From positions 3,534,001 to 3,598,000 of the forward strand of contig JAYWIR010000013.1 of the NCBI GenBank assembly GCA_036172245.1: a DNA stretch of 64,000 nt, written 5' to 3'. The notes below the pieces were generated by a model that ran no database searches, had not been told where the DNA came from, and worked only from the letters and a program-made list of their open reading frames with translations. The number at the start of each line of letters is the position of its first letter. The first letter of the stretch is position 1. Both the position numbers and the translations under genes were made by a program. Of the stretch, positions 36,101 through 47,000 are shown piece by piece. The stretch is from Raillietiella orientalis. Its lineage: Eukaryota.

Positions 36101-38699
36101 GCGGACCCACGCCGCGAGTTTCCCAACCGCCCACCGGCCTCCTCAAGTGGCGCGGCAGCGCCAGGTTCCCCCTCCTGAAAGGTCATCATCGACCCCCCCA
36201 TATCCGGAACGCCTCTCTTGCGCGGAGCGCCCGACCGTGGTCCTCAACCGCAGTTGACTGACGAGGACGCATCCGACGGATGGCAGGTCATCGACTGCTG
36301 CGGAAAACCAGGAGCCGCGGGAAGGCGCACTGGCCGGCGATGACGGAGATCACCCATGCTCCTTCCCCCCTTTCCCCGTCCTCCCATCCGACATCCGGAT
36401 CCCGGTTGGCACCCTCCTCAAGGACGTTTCACGGCTCCTCTTCGTGCGGGACGCCCTGCATCCGGCCGCGGCCCGCCCTGGAAGCAGCCCTTCGCTGTTT
36501 CCGCGGAGTCGAGGCCGTCGGAGGGATGGAGAAGAAAAGCGAAACCGACGGAGGAAGAAGCGGACGGGACGCCGTCCAGCTCGCAGTTCGCCTTCCGCGG
36601 ATACCGACCGGACGGCCCCACCCGGCACCTATTCGGACGGACCTAGGACCTAGGACGTTCCAGGATGCCGGAACGAAATCCTAGAGGACTTTCTCCAGCG
36701 GCCGGTGGTCTCCTCCCCTTCCCTCCCGAAAAGGTTTTTATTTATTTTTATTTACTCTTCCTTTTTCCTTTGTGTTTTTCTCCCGTTCCCGCACCGCTGC
36801 CGAGGTGACCTTCGCCGGTCTCGCACCGGCGATCTGGAAGGTCCGTGGACAAGCGGAGTGTGGTAGGGCCGACACGCACGTCCTACGAGCTTCTTCTTGA
36901 AATTCTGAGCAACGCCCTGGCGTGTCCGGGTGGAAATCGAACTTCCGGGAAGGAACTCTCTAGAAACGGGGGGACACCAGCGCTTCTCAGGCGCTCCGGA
37001 GGATGATGCGAGGCCCACCCAGGAGGTCAAGCGGATCGCCCTCTCCTCCCAAAAAAGCGACTGATTCGAGCTAGAAGAAGGGTACGAACTCGATCCAGGA
37101 AGAGCAGAGACTCCCTTCTCCCTTTTCTTATGCAGCCTCTCGGTCGGTAGATCTTAGCCAGAGATCGACGAGGAGGAAAACTCCAGTGATTGGCGTGGGA
37201 ATCGTCCCGTGGGGTGAGAGGGTGTGCCCCGGCCTTTCCGTCGTCCGACGGTGCTACCCGACGATCGACCGGCAGTGTGTCGACGACTTCGATGAAGGGA
37301 TGAAGGGCAAAGTATCGCTGGCTCTCCGCGAAGCTGAAGAGCGCTGCTGTCGCCCTCATTTTTCCTCCTTGCTCCAGGTGGTCTCATTAACCACGACTGC
37401 CTCTTCCCCCGACCATGAGAAACAAAAGGAAGAGGAAGAAAAAGAAAATCAGTTTGCCTCAGCATTTCTGAATCTCTCCGAATAACGGAGGCGGCTTCCA
37501 GGAGGCGGGATCCTTCTCGATGAGACACGAACTCGCTCGCTTGGTCCTGGAGAACAGTCAGAGAAACCGAGGAGGCCAGCGACCACAACATCGCGCGGCT
37601 TTCCCAGCAAGTCCGCCATTGCGGATCTTCTGACCATCCTTGAGATCTTCTGATCCATGAAAACCCGGAATGTGGTCCTCGAGAGGTGAAGAAAGGGATT
37701 CCCACCCTTCCTCCTCGCAGTGGGGTTCCTCCAATGAGCTTCCTCGTAGCTTCAGCATCTCTTCGCAGCATCACATTCGCGGCAGCTTGATGCCGTGGAT
37801 GAAGAAAAGAAAGGAGCGGGAGAAGACATGCACGCTGGAGCCTCACAGATCATGGCTTACGCTACTGCTGCGACAAGGAAGTCAGCGCGCTGGGACCCTT
37901 TCAGGGTCCTTCATCATTTTAGAAATCTCACGAAGACCGTCAATGCAGCGCTCCTCCTTCCGAGGAGCAGAGCCACGAAGCGGCCGTTCGCAGCTGCTGT
38001 TTGGTTCGTCAGTGGAAAATGCGCACACGCACACTCCCCTGCGACCTGTAAAGAGAATTTGCAAAGAGCGCACAATGGCGATTAATAATCGATCCCTTGC
38101 TTGCAAATTGATGGGGCCGGCGCCTCCAGCCCCATCGGTTTAAAGCAACAGGTGGAACGTCCAATTCCCACGACTTCGGACGTGTGCCTCTTGCTGGCGG
38201 GTGGAAAGCGAGTCCGATCCGTCCTGAGCGTTGCCCCCGAGCTGCTCGGAAGCTGATGACTTTCAGCCGCGAAGGCGAGCTTACAAACTTGAGCCAAGGG
38301 AGGGAAAGAGACAGGGAAAGGGTGTGAGGGCGGCGAGGTCACTTCGAAACTTTCAAGGTTCACCCATGTTCTCTTACTTCTGAAAAGGTCGTTCCAAAAC
38401 GTGTTTGTCCAATTAGCTACAAGCGTTTCTCTGCTGCCCATCCACTCAGTGACAATTTTAAACAGAATAAAGATCTCTTCAGCTTGAAATACCTAACTGC
38501 AATCTCCTGGACCGTCGCCAATGGCTTGACGAATCCCCAATCTTTCCCAAGTGACAGAACAAGGATTCTCTACTTCATCCCTACGAAATCAAGCTGAAGT
38601 TGGTACTCTCTTCCATCCAGTTGAATTGATTGGTTCTGTTACTTTCAAGAGGTATAGTAACAACATAAATGGTTGTCGTCAAAGACTGGATGAAGGAAC

Positions 38700-41370
38700 A
38701 GGATTTTGTTTCAAACAACAGGCCATGAAGAAAGCAACTTTATTATGAGAATCGAGAAAGTGTCTTTGTCCTATGAGATGGTCTTCGACTTCCTGGAACC
38801 CTGCGCCAATGAGAATGGCACTTGATCGACAACCTGGTAGAAGGAAACGGGGAAAAGGAAATGCTTTTCTTCGTCCAATTTCTCATTCACAGAACCCAAG
38901 AGGATTCAGTTGACAAAACTTATGCAGGCATGGAAAACAAAGCAGGTCTGTGTCTCAAGCTCCGTGAAAAGAATCTCTGACGATGGCCCTCTTCAGGAGT
39001 GGATCGAGAGTGGACCACGGAAGCGATCGGTGTGTTTACGACTCCTGACCAACGAGCCATGGTCCCAGCAGCCACTTCGTGATTGTGAAACAGCATTTCG
39101 ATGTGGCATTTCAAAGTTTCGAATGGTGAATTCAACCCCAGAAGGCTTACGAAGAATCCTCCCCCCTCCCCCTCCCTTGAAAAAAAAAAATGAAAAATGA
39201 AAATCAGAAACGTAATGTGGAGATTTGGAGTTCGTTCTGCCACAAGTGCACGTGCACACGCAAACAGCGACTTGAAATCCTCAATGCGTGAAGATCTTAC
39301 TAGGAAAAAAAAAAAAAACCCGATTTTTATTGCGACATTTATACCAATTTACTTGAATATTTATTCCGGATAATTTTACCTTGCTACTCATTTTAATGCT
39401 TATCTCGATAATGTATTCCTCTATGATATCGGAGGCTTCTTTCCCTCCGAAAGCTGCAGTTACCTTGCAGAATGTTCGTTCTTGGTATAGGCGCCATTAG
39501 AAGATAATGATGGTATGCTGGTTTTCGGGAAGCAATGATCACCTTTTTTTTTCTTTTTTTTTTTTTAGGAGGATGAATGATCTGTTGTTCCTTTTCGACA
39601 AGTGCCCGGATTCATTTGAGAACTCGTATGAAAAAACAGCAAAAGGTTAAAAAATTAGGTCAGAGCAATCAATCGTATGCGCCCCCTATTCCCTAACATA
39701 AACTCTTAGCATAAACTTTTTACTTTAAACTTCATTGACTTCGAAAAAAATCGATCCTGTCTCTCCGGGACTATGAAAACAATCAAAAAGGAAAGAAAGA
39801 AGATTATACAATAACAGGAACAAGATCGATTTCGTCCAATTCCATTTTCGTTTTCAGCTTCCGCTTCCGATTCTATCCGACCTATGATTTTCGTAACAAA
39901 TTATTGCCTATTTCAGCATGGACGCGAGGAAGGTTCGTTTGTGAATTGCGCCAGCGCGATTCTGCTGCTTCCGGGGTCCTCGGCCACACCCTGGCAACCA
40001 AGCTCTCTCTCCCCCCTTGCCTCCACCTGAGGAGCCGCCCGTCCAGCAACGGCGGGGAAGATTCGGACAACCGAAAATACGGTAGGAGATGTCCATTCCA
40101 TGGAACGACGGTTCTTGTGATTCCCCAAAAGAGTCCAGCAGCTTGAGAAAAATGCCAAATTAGAAGGGAAGAAATAAGCATGTTAAGAGGAAGGCAGAAA
40201 ACTTTCGCTCATGGCATCAGTCGATGATTCTGATGACACTTTCCCATCTCATTTTTCCTAGTCGTAATATTATAGGACTTTTCTTTTTTCTTCTTATTTG
40301 TTTATTTATTTTTTTGAAACGAGAAAACGAATTGCATTTCGTTAAGGCTGTTGTTTAGAGTATAGTCCTGGGCTTTCTCATGAATCTTTATTTCATTTAT
40401 TTATTTATTTTTCTTAGTAATTATCCTTCAGGTTTCTTATGGACCTCATGGACAAGTAATGAGCACTTCTTTCTTCTCCGTTTAACATTGGATTATTTCC
40501 CAGCATGCCGCCGACCTTCGCAGCTAGGAAAAACCGTAAAAGGAAAATGAACAGTATCAAAAAAGAAGGAATTGAAAGAATTTCAGGATTCATCACGGTG
40601 CTGCTTCATCAGGCACAGGATGGAGATCCCCGAGGCAGTCTGCCACACGAGCGGAAAAGGGGCAGCTTCCTTCGGATCCCGTTTTCGGGACAAGCAGCTT
40701 GGGAGAGGTGCTGCTTGCTCTTTTGCAACCAAAACAAAGAGGAAGCAAAGAGGAAACTCTCCCTTGTATGGGACCGCTTCAGGCTGCTTGGCACGACCCG
40801 ATGTTCTTCATCCATTCGAAGTTCACGAATCGTAAAGGACAGCACTCAAGACCGGAGGAAGAGCAGCAAGGTAGAAAAGGTCACGATGTGTGCCAGAGGT
40901 GCCAGACGCTTCGAAAATCCAAATTTCGAAGTTTATGTTTCAGATGCATCCTAAAAATTACTCTGCGTACTGCGCGGTTGGTATACTGCAGTTTTAAGTG
41001 CGTGGAGGAATTTGGTTTCTGAATCGCATTCAAAACTCAACGACAGGCTCTATGAATCATCCACTCGAAGTGGAACCTCCCATCGCTTCTCGTCAAATTT
41101 TTTGGCTAACATCAATGTGTTGGGAATACAAAACAAACTCGGCAAAGTGTTCTTTCAAAGATTATGCGAGGTTCCAGGTTTGGTCCAGAGGCCGAAGAAT
41201 ACGTCATCGCAGGGATTCCTCTTTCCAACTTCCTGGGTCCAGAATTCCGGTCCAGCAAGGAAATCGCGTTACCTTATTTTCGTTTCCTTCGCTTCAAGAG
41301 TTTCCTAAGAGTACCGTGGAGGAAAAGTGAGTATTGGAAAATTACCAAAAGAAACCCAACTTGTGTGTAA
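38700..41370 (+). CDS. Candidate micro-intron-rich gene or pseudogene, unknown product
   Basis: A series of GT..AG segments of 42-51 nt (38946-38996, 39030-39071, 40082-40131, 40456-40503) separates short open exons, e.g. PKRIQLTKLMQAWKTKQ / EWIESGPRKRS / PLRDCETAFRCGISKFRM and FLMDLMD / NMPPTFAARKNRKRK. No complete model and no family recognised. Confidence 0.3.
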
Positions 41371-41964
41371 TTCGAGATCGAATCTTTTGATCGTATTTGG
41401 AAGATCAGCTCAGCAGCTGTCCAAAAAAAAAAAAAGAAAAGAAAGGAGGAAAATCCCGTTTGCAGCCTTGGGGGTGTCACGGATGCATCAATTAAAGGAG
41501 TCGCCCATTCCTTACGTTTCTCGGGAGTGATGCAAGGGAATAATTCCCTTCAGCCACCTGCCTTAATTTTCAACATCCTCCTCACGTTTCAGTCCTTCGG
41601 CCCCATCGCTCGTGTTTCGTAGTGAAGTGTTTACTGTTTACAAATTGGAATCGGTGTACGGCATATTTTTTTTTGCCCCCATTTATCAGGTTGAACCTTC
41701 AGTTAGGCACACCGTGGACGTGGTGTTCTTTGCAAACAACATGTACACCAACGTGCATACGTGTGAAATCATAATAACGTGTGTTGTTGGAATTTTCATC
41801 CATGGAAAATTATTTGAGTACAGGAGGAATGCCTTTGCCACAAAGGAAATGCTGCAAAGTTGTTAACTTGAATTAATAACCGAATAAGAGGCATGCATTT
41901 CCTAATGCGTGTTGTACATATATGCACATGTGCGTTTGTGTATACATCTGTGTGTATGTGTATG

Positions 41965-42033
41965 CAACTGGGAAAATTGCATACCAAGTTAGATGGGAGT
42001 CCAGCTCCTCTGTTTGTAGTTCTCCTGCGGTGC
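41965..42033 (-). repeat. Inverted copy of 42653-42720 (CCDC9 exon 2 / intron 2 junction)
   Basis: caactgggaaaattgcataccaagttagatgggagtccagctcctctgtttgtagttctcctgcggtgc is the reverse complement of 42653-42720, with 2 substitutions and 1 extra G. Confidence 0.95.
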
Positions 42034-42362
42034 CTATACCTAGCAGTTACACGTTGTGTGTAACCCCTAAGTATAAGTTGAACATTATACGTACACATAC
42101 ATACACATGACTCCATTTGTTGTTTACTTAAATACACATGCCCATGCATTCCAGTGTGTGTGCATAGTTCTGCCCATGTTAATATTCTAAAAATTTGTTG
42201 AAATTTCGACGATTGCATGCAGTGCATCTTCACCTTCGAAGCATGAAAAAGTGTAGGGCTGTGTGTGTGAAAGAGTGGATGAAGTGTTGATATTTTTGCA
42301 AAAGATGTTATTTTAGCTGCTGTACCAAGTCCCAGAAGAAAATAAACAACCTTTCCTTTCAG

Positions 42363-44033
42363 ATGGATTCAAAAGAAAAAGAAGCATTTCTGAGTGCAAA
42401 GATAGAAAAAATTCAATTACAAAACAAAAGAATCGAAGAAAGACGCAAAGTGAGATATATATAAAAAGAAAAATAATAACAAAGAAATTTCAATTTATTA
42501 TTCATTCTATTTCTTTTTTTTTTCTCTGGAAGGAAGTGTTGGATGATATTAAAAATGCAGAGTCCATTAAACCTATGAGTCAGAGTCCCTGCAAATTTAG
42601 AACTGAATTCAATGTAAGAACACCACATGCTAATAAAGCAGCATCTAGGCATGCACCACAGGAGAACTACAAACAGAGGAGCTGGACTCCATCTAACTTG
42701 GTATGCAATTTTCCGAGTTGAAATGAATGTATCATGATTTTCAGAGTGATATGCCTCCTCCAGATCCAGGATACAATTTTTTGTATGATCCATCAAGAGT
42801 GAATAGTACTCTTAATGCAGAAGATAGAAGAAAAAATAGGAAGCATCAAGAATTGTCAGTAAGATACAATGAGAGAGGAAGATATCAAGCAGTAAATAAG
42901 AGGTAAAGCTGTTACTTACATAGGTCAAAAAAAACTATCACAAAGGAAGGAGCACTCGCAAGGACATGGAAAAGGAAAAGCAGTGGAGGGAAGAAAGAGA
43001 ACAGTATGATAGTGAGCGTCTGCGGAGAAGTAGAACCCAGGATGGCCAGTGGAAGAGAGAGTGGGATGCAAATAAAGAGTTGCCCTTCTCTGATGAAGGA
43101 TGCCCTTCTGAATTCAATAGACCCTTAAGAACATCAGGTATTGTTGGAGACAATGTGTAATTTTGAGGTGCAGAATGCTCAATTTTTAGTGATACCACCT
43201 GAAGTGAAAAACCCAGAATATCTTACAGTGCAAGAGGATCAAGAAGAAAGCAAATTTGCATCTCATGTGATAGGAAAGCAAGTAAGGATGTGTCCTTGGA
43301 TGTGATCATGTCCCTGTGGGATTTCAGGCAACAACATTTAAGTTCCAAAAGAGCAAACTAAAAAATATTAAGAAACCACCAAGTAATGAATCCTCCTTAA
43401 AATCCAGAGAATTTTACAGGCCAAGTCCACATCAGCAAACCACTTATCAGCATAAGGGAGAGAGATGTGAGATGCAGAAGGAAAGAGAAACTCAGAAGTC
43501 TTTATGGAATGCATCAGAGGAAGAGAGTACAGGAACACAAAAGGATAAAGGTGTAAGCAGGAAGAACACTTCCATCACAGTACTGATGAGCTACAGGAGA
43601 AAGGAACCACATGACTGAACAGCCTTCAGTGATCAAAGCTGAGATTATAGAAGCAAAAAGTGGTGACGAGTCAGAGAGAGAAAGTATGGATGGAGATGGA
43701 GAGAAGCAGAACCAAGAGTGTGCAGGAGACAGGCTAGAAACCCAAGATGCTGTAGCAAACTGTGCATTTTTGGAATACTGTGCTTCACTTCAAGACATGT
43801 CTGCATCTTTGGTATGACAGCATTTTTCCTGATGGTTGAACTAAAATGTTCAGGAGTTGCAGCATGGATTGTCCCCGAGTGCAATAGAATTGGGAGAAGA
43901 CGAAAAGATTATGAAAACTGATGTAAGGGAAGTGATTCTGTCAGAAGCAACTGATATGCAGCAAAGTGAACAGCTTGCTGTAATGGCTGAAGAGAAGCAG
44001 GTTTGGGAAACAGAAGATAAGAAGGACATTTGA
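42363..44033 (+). CDS. CCDC9: CCDC9-like coiled-coil protein (DUF4594 family), 8 coding exons, 430 aa
   Basis: Exons 42363-42449, 42533-42700, 42745-42858, 42924-43137, 43190-43281, 43328-43550, 43597-43811 and 43854-44033. All introns are GT..AG and all phases match (1293 nt, no internal stop). Motifs match CCDC9 as I recall it: N-terminal MDSKEKEAFLSAKIEKIQLQNKRIEERRKEVLDDIKNAE (cf. SKEEKDAELDKRIEALRRKNEALIRRYQEIEEDRKKAE), PPPDPGYNFLYDPSR (cf. NFLDDPRR) and WREEREQYDSERLRRSRTQDGQWKREWDANK (cf. WKQEREKIDQERLQRHRKPTGQWRREWDAEK). The 3' exons are acidic and low-complexity, and are supported by splice phase only. Confidence 0.85.
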
Positions 44034-47000
44034 ATACATGGTATGTTCTCAATAGATTTCAATGAATTGTTAGTAATAATGTGTAAGCAAAAATCAGAAA
44101 TGGATTTATAACCTCTGAAGAAGGCAATTTTTCGTTGGTAGCCATACTCACATCATACAAGTGATTGGAGTTATGCTCCCCAAGTTGTGGAAATCAGTTC
44201 ATGTGACTGAAGATATGCACTACATACACAGAGGTGCTTAATACACAGAATGGAACTGAGGTGTACAGCTAATCCCCTGATATGTTCTTGAACTGCTGAA
44301 TTGTACAACTATTGCTTTGTGTAATGAGAAACCACAATAATGTGCAACCACAGTCATAGCTGCCTTTTGTATCAGAGATTGGAATTGGATTTTATAATTT
44401 TGCAGGATGGCATGACATGCGTGCCCCTTTCATCCACAGTCGCGGTTTTACCGCGTTTCCATACCGAATTCGGCGTGAGGCTTTGAGGAAGCGGTCATTC
44501 CAAAGAACTCGGTTCAACTTCACAACGGGCTCTCATTGTGCTGCCCATGATGTACGAATGCTGTTGAAAATTGCATTCCTTAGGTTAGAAATAACCGGAA
44601 TTTGGGTCCTGTCATTGGCTCGATGCCCACAATTTCGGCGGATGCTCAGCTTCAGGATGGCCTTCGGTAAACATCTTCGGCTCGGTATCCGAGCGGTTCG
44701 ATTTGTTTCCTCGAGGAAAGCACGCCGAGCACTCGGACGCGTGTCCACGGTCGCTTGCGCCGCGCAGGGTTCTCAGATCAGGGGAAGGGCTTTTAATGGG
44801 TCCCGGAGAGGTGAGGAAGGCTCCAAGTATGTATATATAATACTCAATTAGCGTGGAAGGTAAACGAATCTATCGGGCGAAATAACCAGGTGTTGGCCGT
44901 TGAGATCCGTTCGAGATTGCAAACGGGGAAAATCATTACGAAAGCAGCAACACCCAAGCAAACGGCAGAAATAGTGCGTGAGCTGTCACGCTCTCTCTGT
45001 GACGTTTTCATCCGGAGCACTCGATACACTTTTGTTATTCTTTGCCTCCACAGTTTCTATTTTGACACAGCGCATCTGTCGGCATCAGAATAAAAACTCT
45101 TACGTGTGGGATTGGTAATTCCCCTCGGCAGACAGTTCTATAGAATAAAACACGCAGGTTCTTGGCAGGTTTCTTGGGATGAAGACAGGAAACAACGAGG
45201 CCACGATGAGTGCAGAATTCATGCTGCACCAAACTCAATCTGAAGCAATTGAGCATCTCAAACATGACTGCCGCACTTCAGTGAGTAACCGTTGAAGCAA
45301 AAGTCTTATCTGCCATGTAACGAATCGGCTACAATTAATCAGAAAGACTGTTTATTGAACAGTGATTGCGAGCCTATTTGTAACTCTCGGCAAACACACA
45401 CACACAAACATACAAAAAAGACGCAAACGGCTGCCTTATTATCTGTGGAAATCCCACGTTGCCTGGACATTTACAAGGCGCACATAAGTGATGTCTGACC
45501 GTATACGGTAGACATCACTTGGCATTTCCGGTTTTTTTTTCCCTTCCCTTCCAACCAGGGGAGGGCTAGTATCTTGAACCCTTTTATCGGGTGCTCTCTG
45601 GACCACATTATCCATCAAAGGAGCGATTTCAGCACCGGGAGGGGAAGATTTCCGCACGACACGCGTTTCCATCTCGAAGACTTGCTGGCGTGATTGATGT
45701 TGAGCGGTTCCATCAAGGAGTTGTTTGCTCGTTCGGTATTTTGAGGGAACTGATGCTTCCGAAAATTTCTGAAGCATCTAAAGAGTTTCTTTTTTTTTTG
45801 ATTCCACCCCCTCCCCCTCCAAGTCGTATGCCACGTGACGCCGCGGCATGCGAAAATACGCTGACTTTGTTGCGCTGATGCTGCGGAGGAGGGAGGATGC
45901 AGTGCCCGTGCGCTGCTCTGCTCTTGTCGCGAAATCTTAATTCAACCGCACCATTTTTTGTTTTTTGTTTTGCAGTGGAAAAAACAGCAGCAGCCACGAG
46001 TCCACGTGCGCCAGTGAGTTCCTCACATCTCTGGTTACCCATTCTCGAGATGCACAGCTCTTGTCACTGACAAGGGTAGGGTTGACAATAGCCACAAAAT
46101 GCCCACTGGGGGACCGCGGGAAGACCAGAGGCGCGCGCGACTCTGCCTTTACCTTGTGGCTTCCCATCTCATCGCGTGCTGAAAATAATGGGGATGGAGC
46201 AGTCCCCGGCTGGAAGCTGCTCGCTCCTTGTCCTCCTCCCAGTTTGAGCGCCGCCGCCGCCACGTGGGTGTGCTCTGCCGCCTCTCGACCGCGCGGAGGT
46301 GGGGCATCAAAACAAAACACACACACAAAAAAGGACAGCACCTCCGCCAGCGGCTAGAAGGCCGCGCAGGTTTACCAGTCGCGGGTGGGGGTGCGCCACT
46401 GGTGATGAACGCTTTGCTCCGAAGTGTAGGAACAGCAATGGGTCGACGGACCCATTGCTGTTAGGGATCAGCAGGGCCGCAAGCGATTCAGAACGGAAAC
46501 TGAATGGACTCGCAGGTGGAGGACTCCACGCCACTGCACGTGGGAATAGGAATGCCGGAGGCGAAGGGACCACGGGGGCATCTCGCAGAGGTGGGACGGG
46601 GAATCCGCGGTAGCCGGCTACGCCATGAACCCGCCCTCAGAGACCGAAGGAGGAGTGCGACATCCGGTCGGCAAGGAGAGAGGGAAATCAATGACCAGCA
46701 TCCGTGAAGGAGCGGCAGCCGGGAAGGCGCGACCTCCCCCTCTCCCCCCTCCCGACGGGGAAGGGGGCAGCCGACCGCGGCATCTGGCGGCGGCAGTTTA
46801 TCTAGCGACGCGCGAACGAGGAAAGCGGACGGGAGGGTGCGAGAGAGAGGGGAGGGGAGATAAATCGGAGGAGGAGGAGAGCGTTGTGTGTGCTTGCGAG
46901 GTAGGAATCGCGCGCGCGAAGGCATCCGAAACGGAGGGCGGCCAGGCATTCGCGTTCGACGGAGCTCCTCGGTCGACCTCAGGTCGCACGGCGACGGGTG

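Noticed and set aside
38400..38560. BACK-domain-like minus-strand fragment (TVQEIAVR / FQAEEIFILFKIVTEW, reminiscent of BTBD9)
   Set aside because: Needs a frameshift, has no recognisable BTB at the right distance, and the opposite strand is equally open. Too weak without an HMM search.
42903..42923. 21-nt GT..AG micro-intron or pseudogenising frameshift in CCDC9
   Set aside because: Using the upstream donor GTAAGA at 42859 (65-nt intron) restores the frame with no frameshift.
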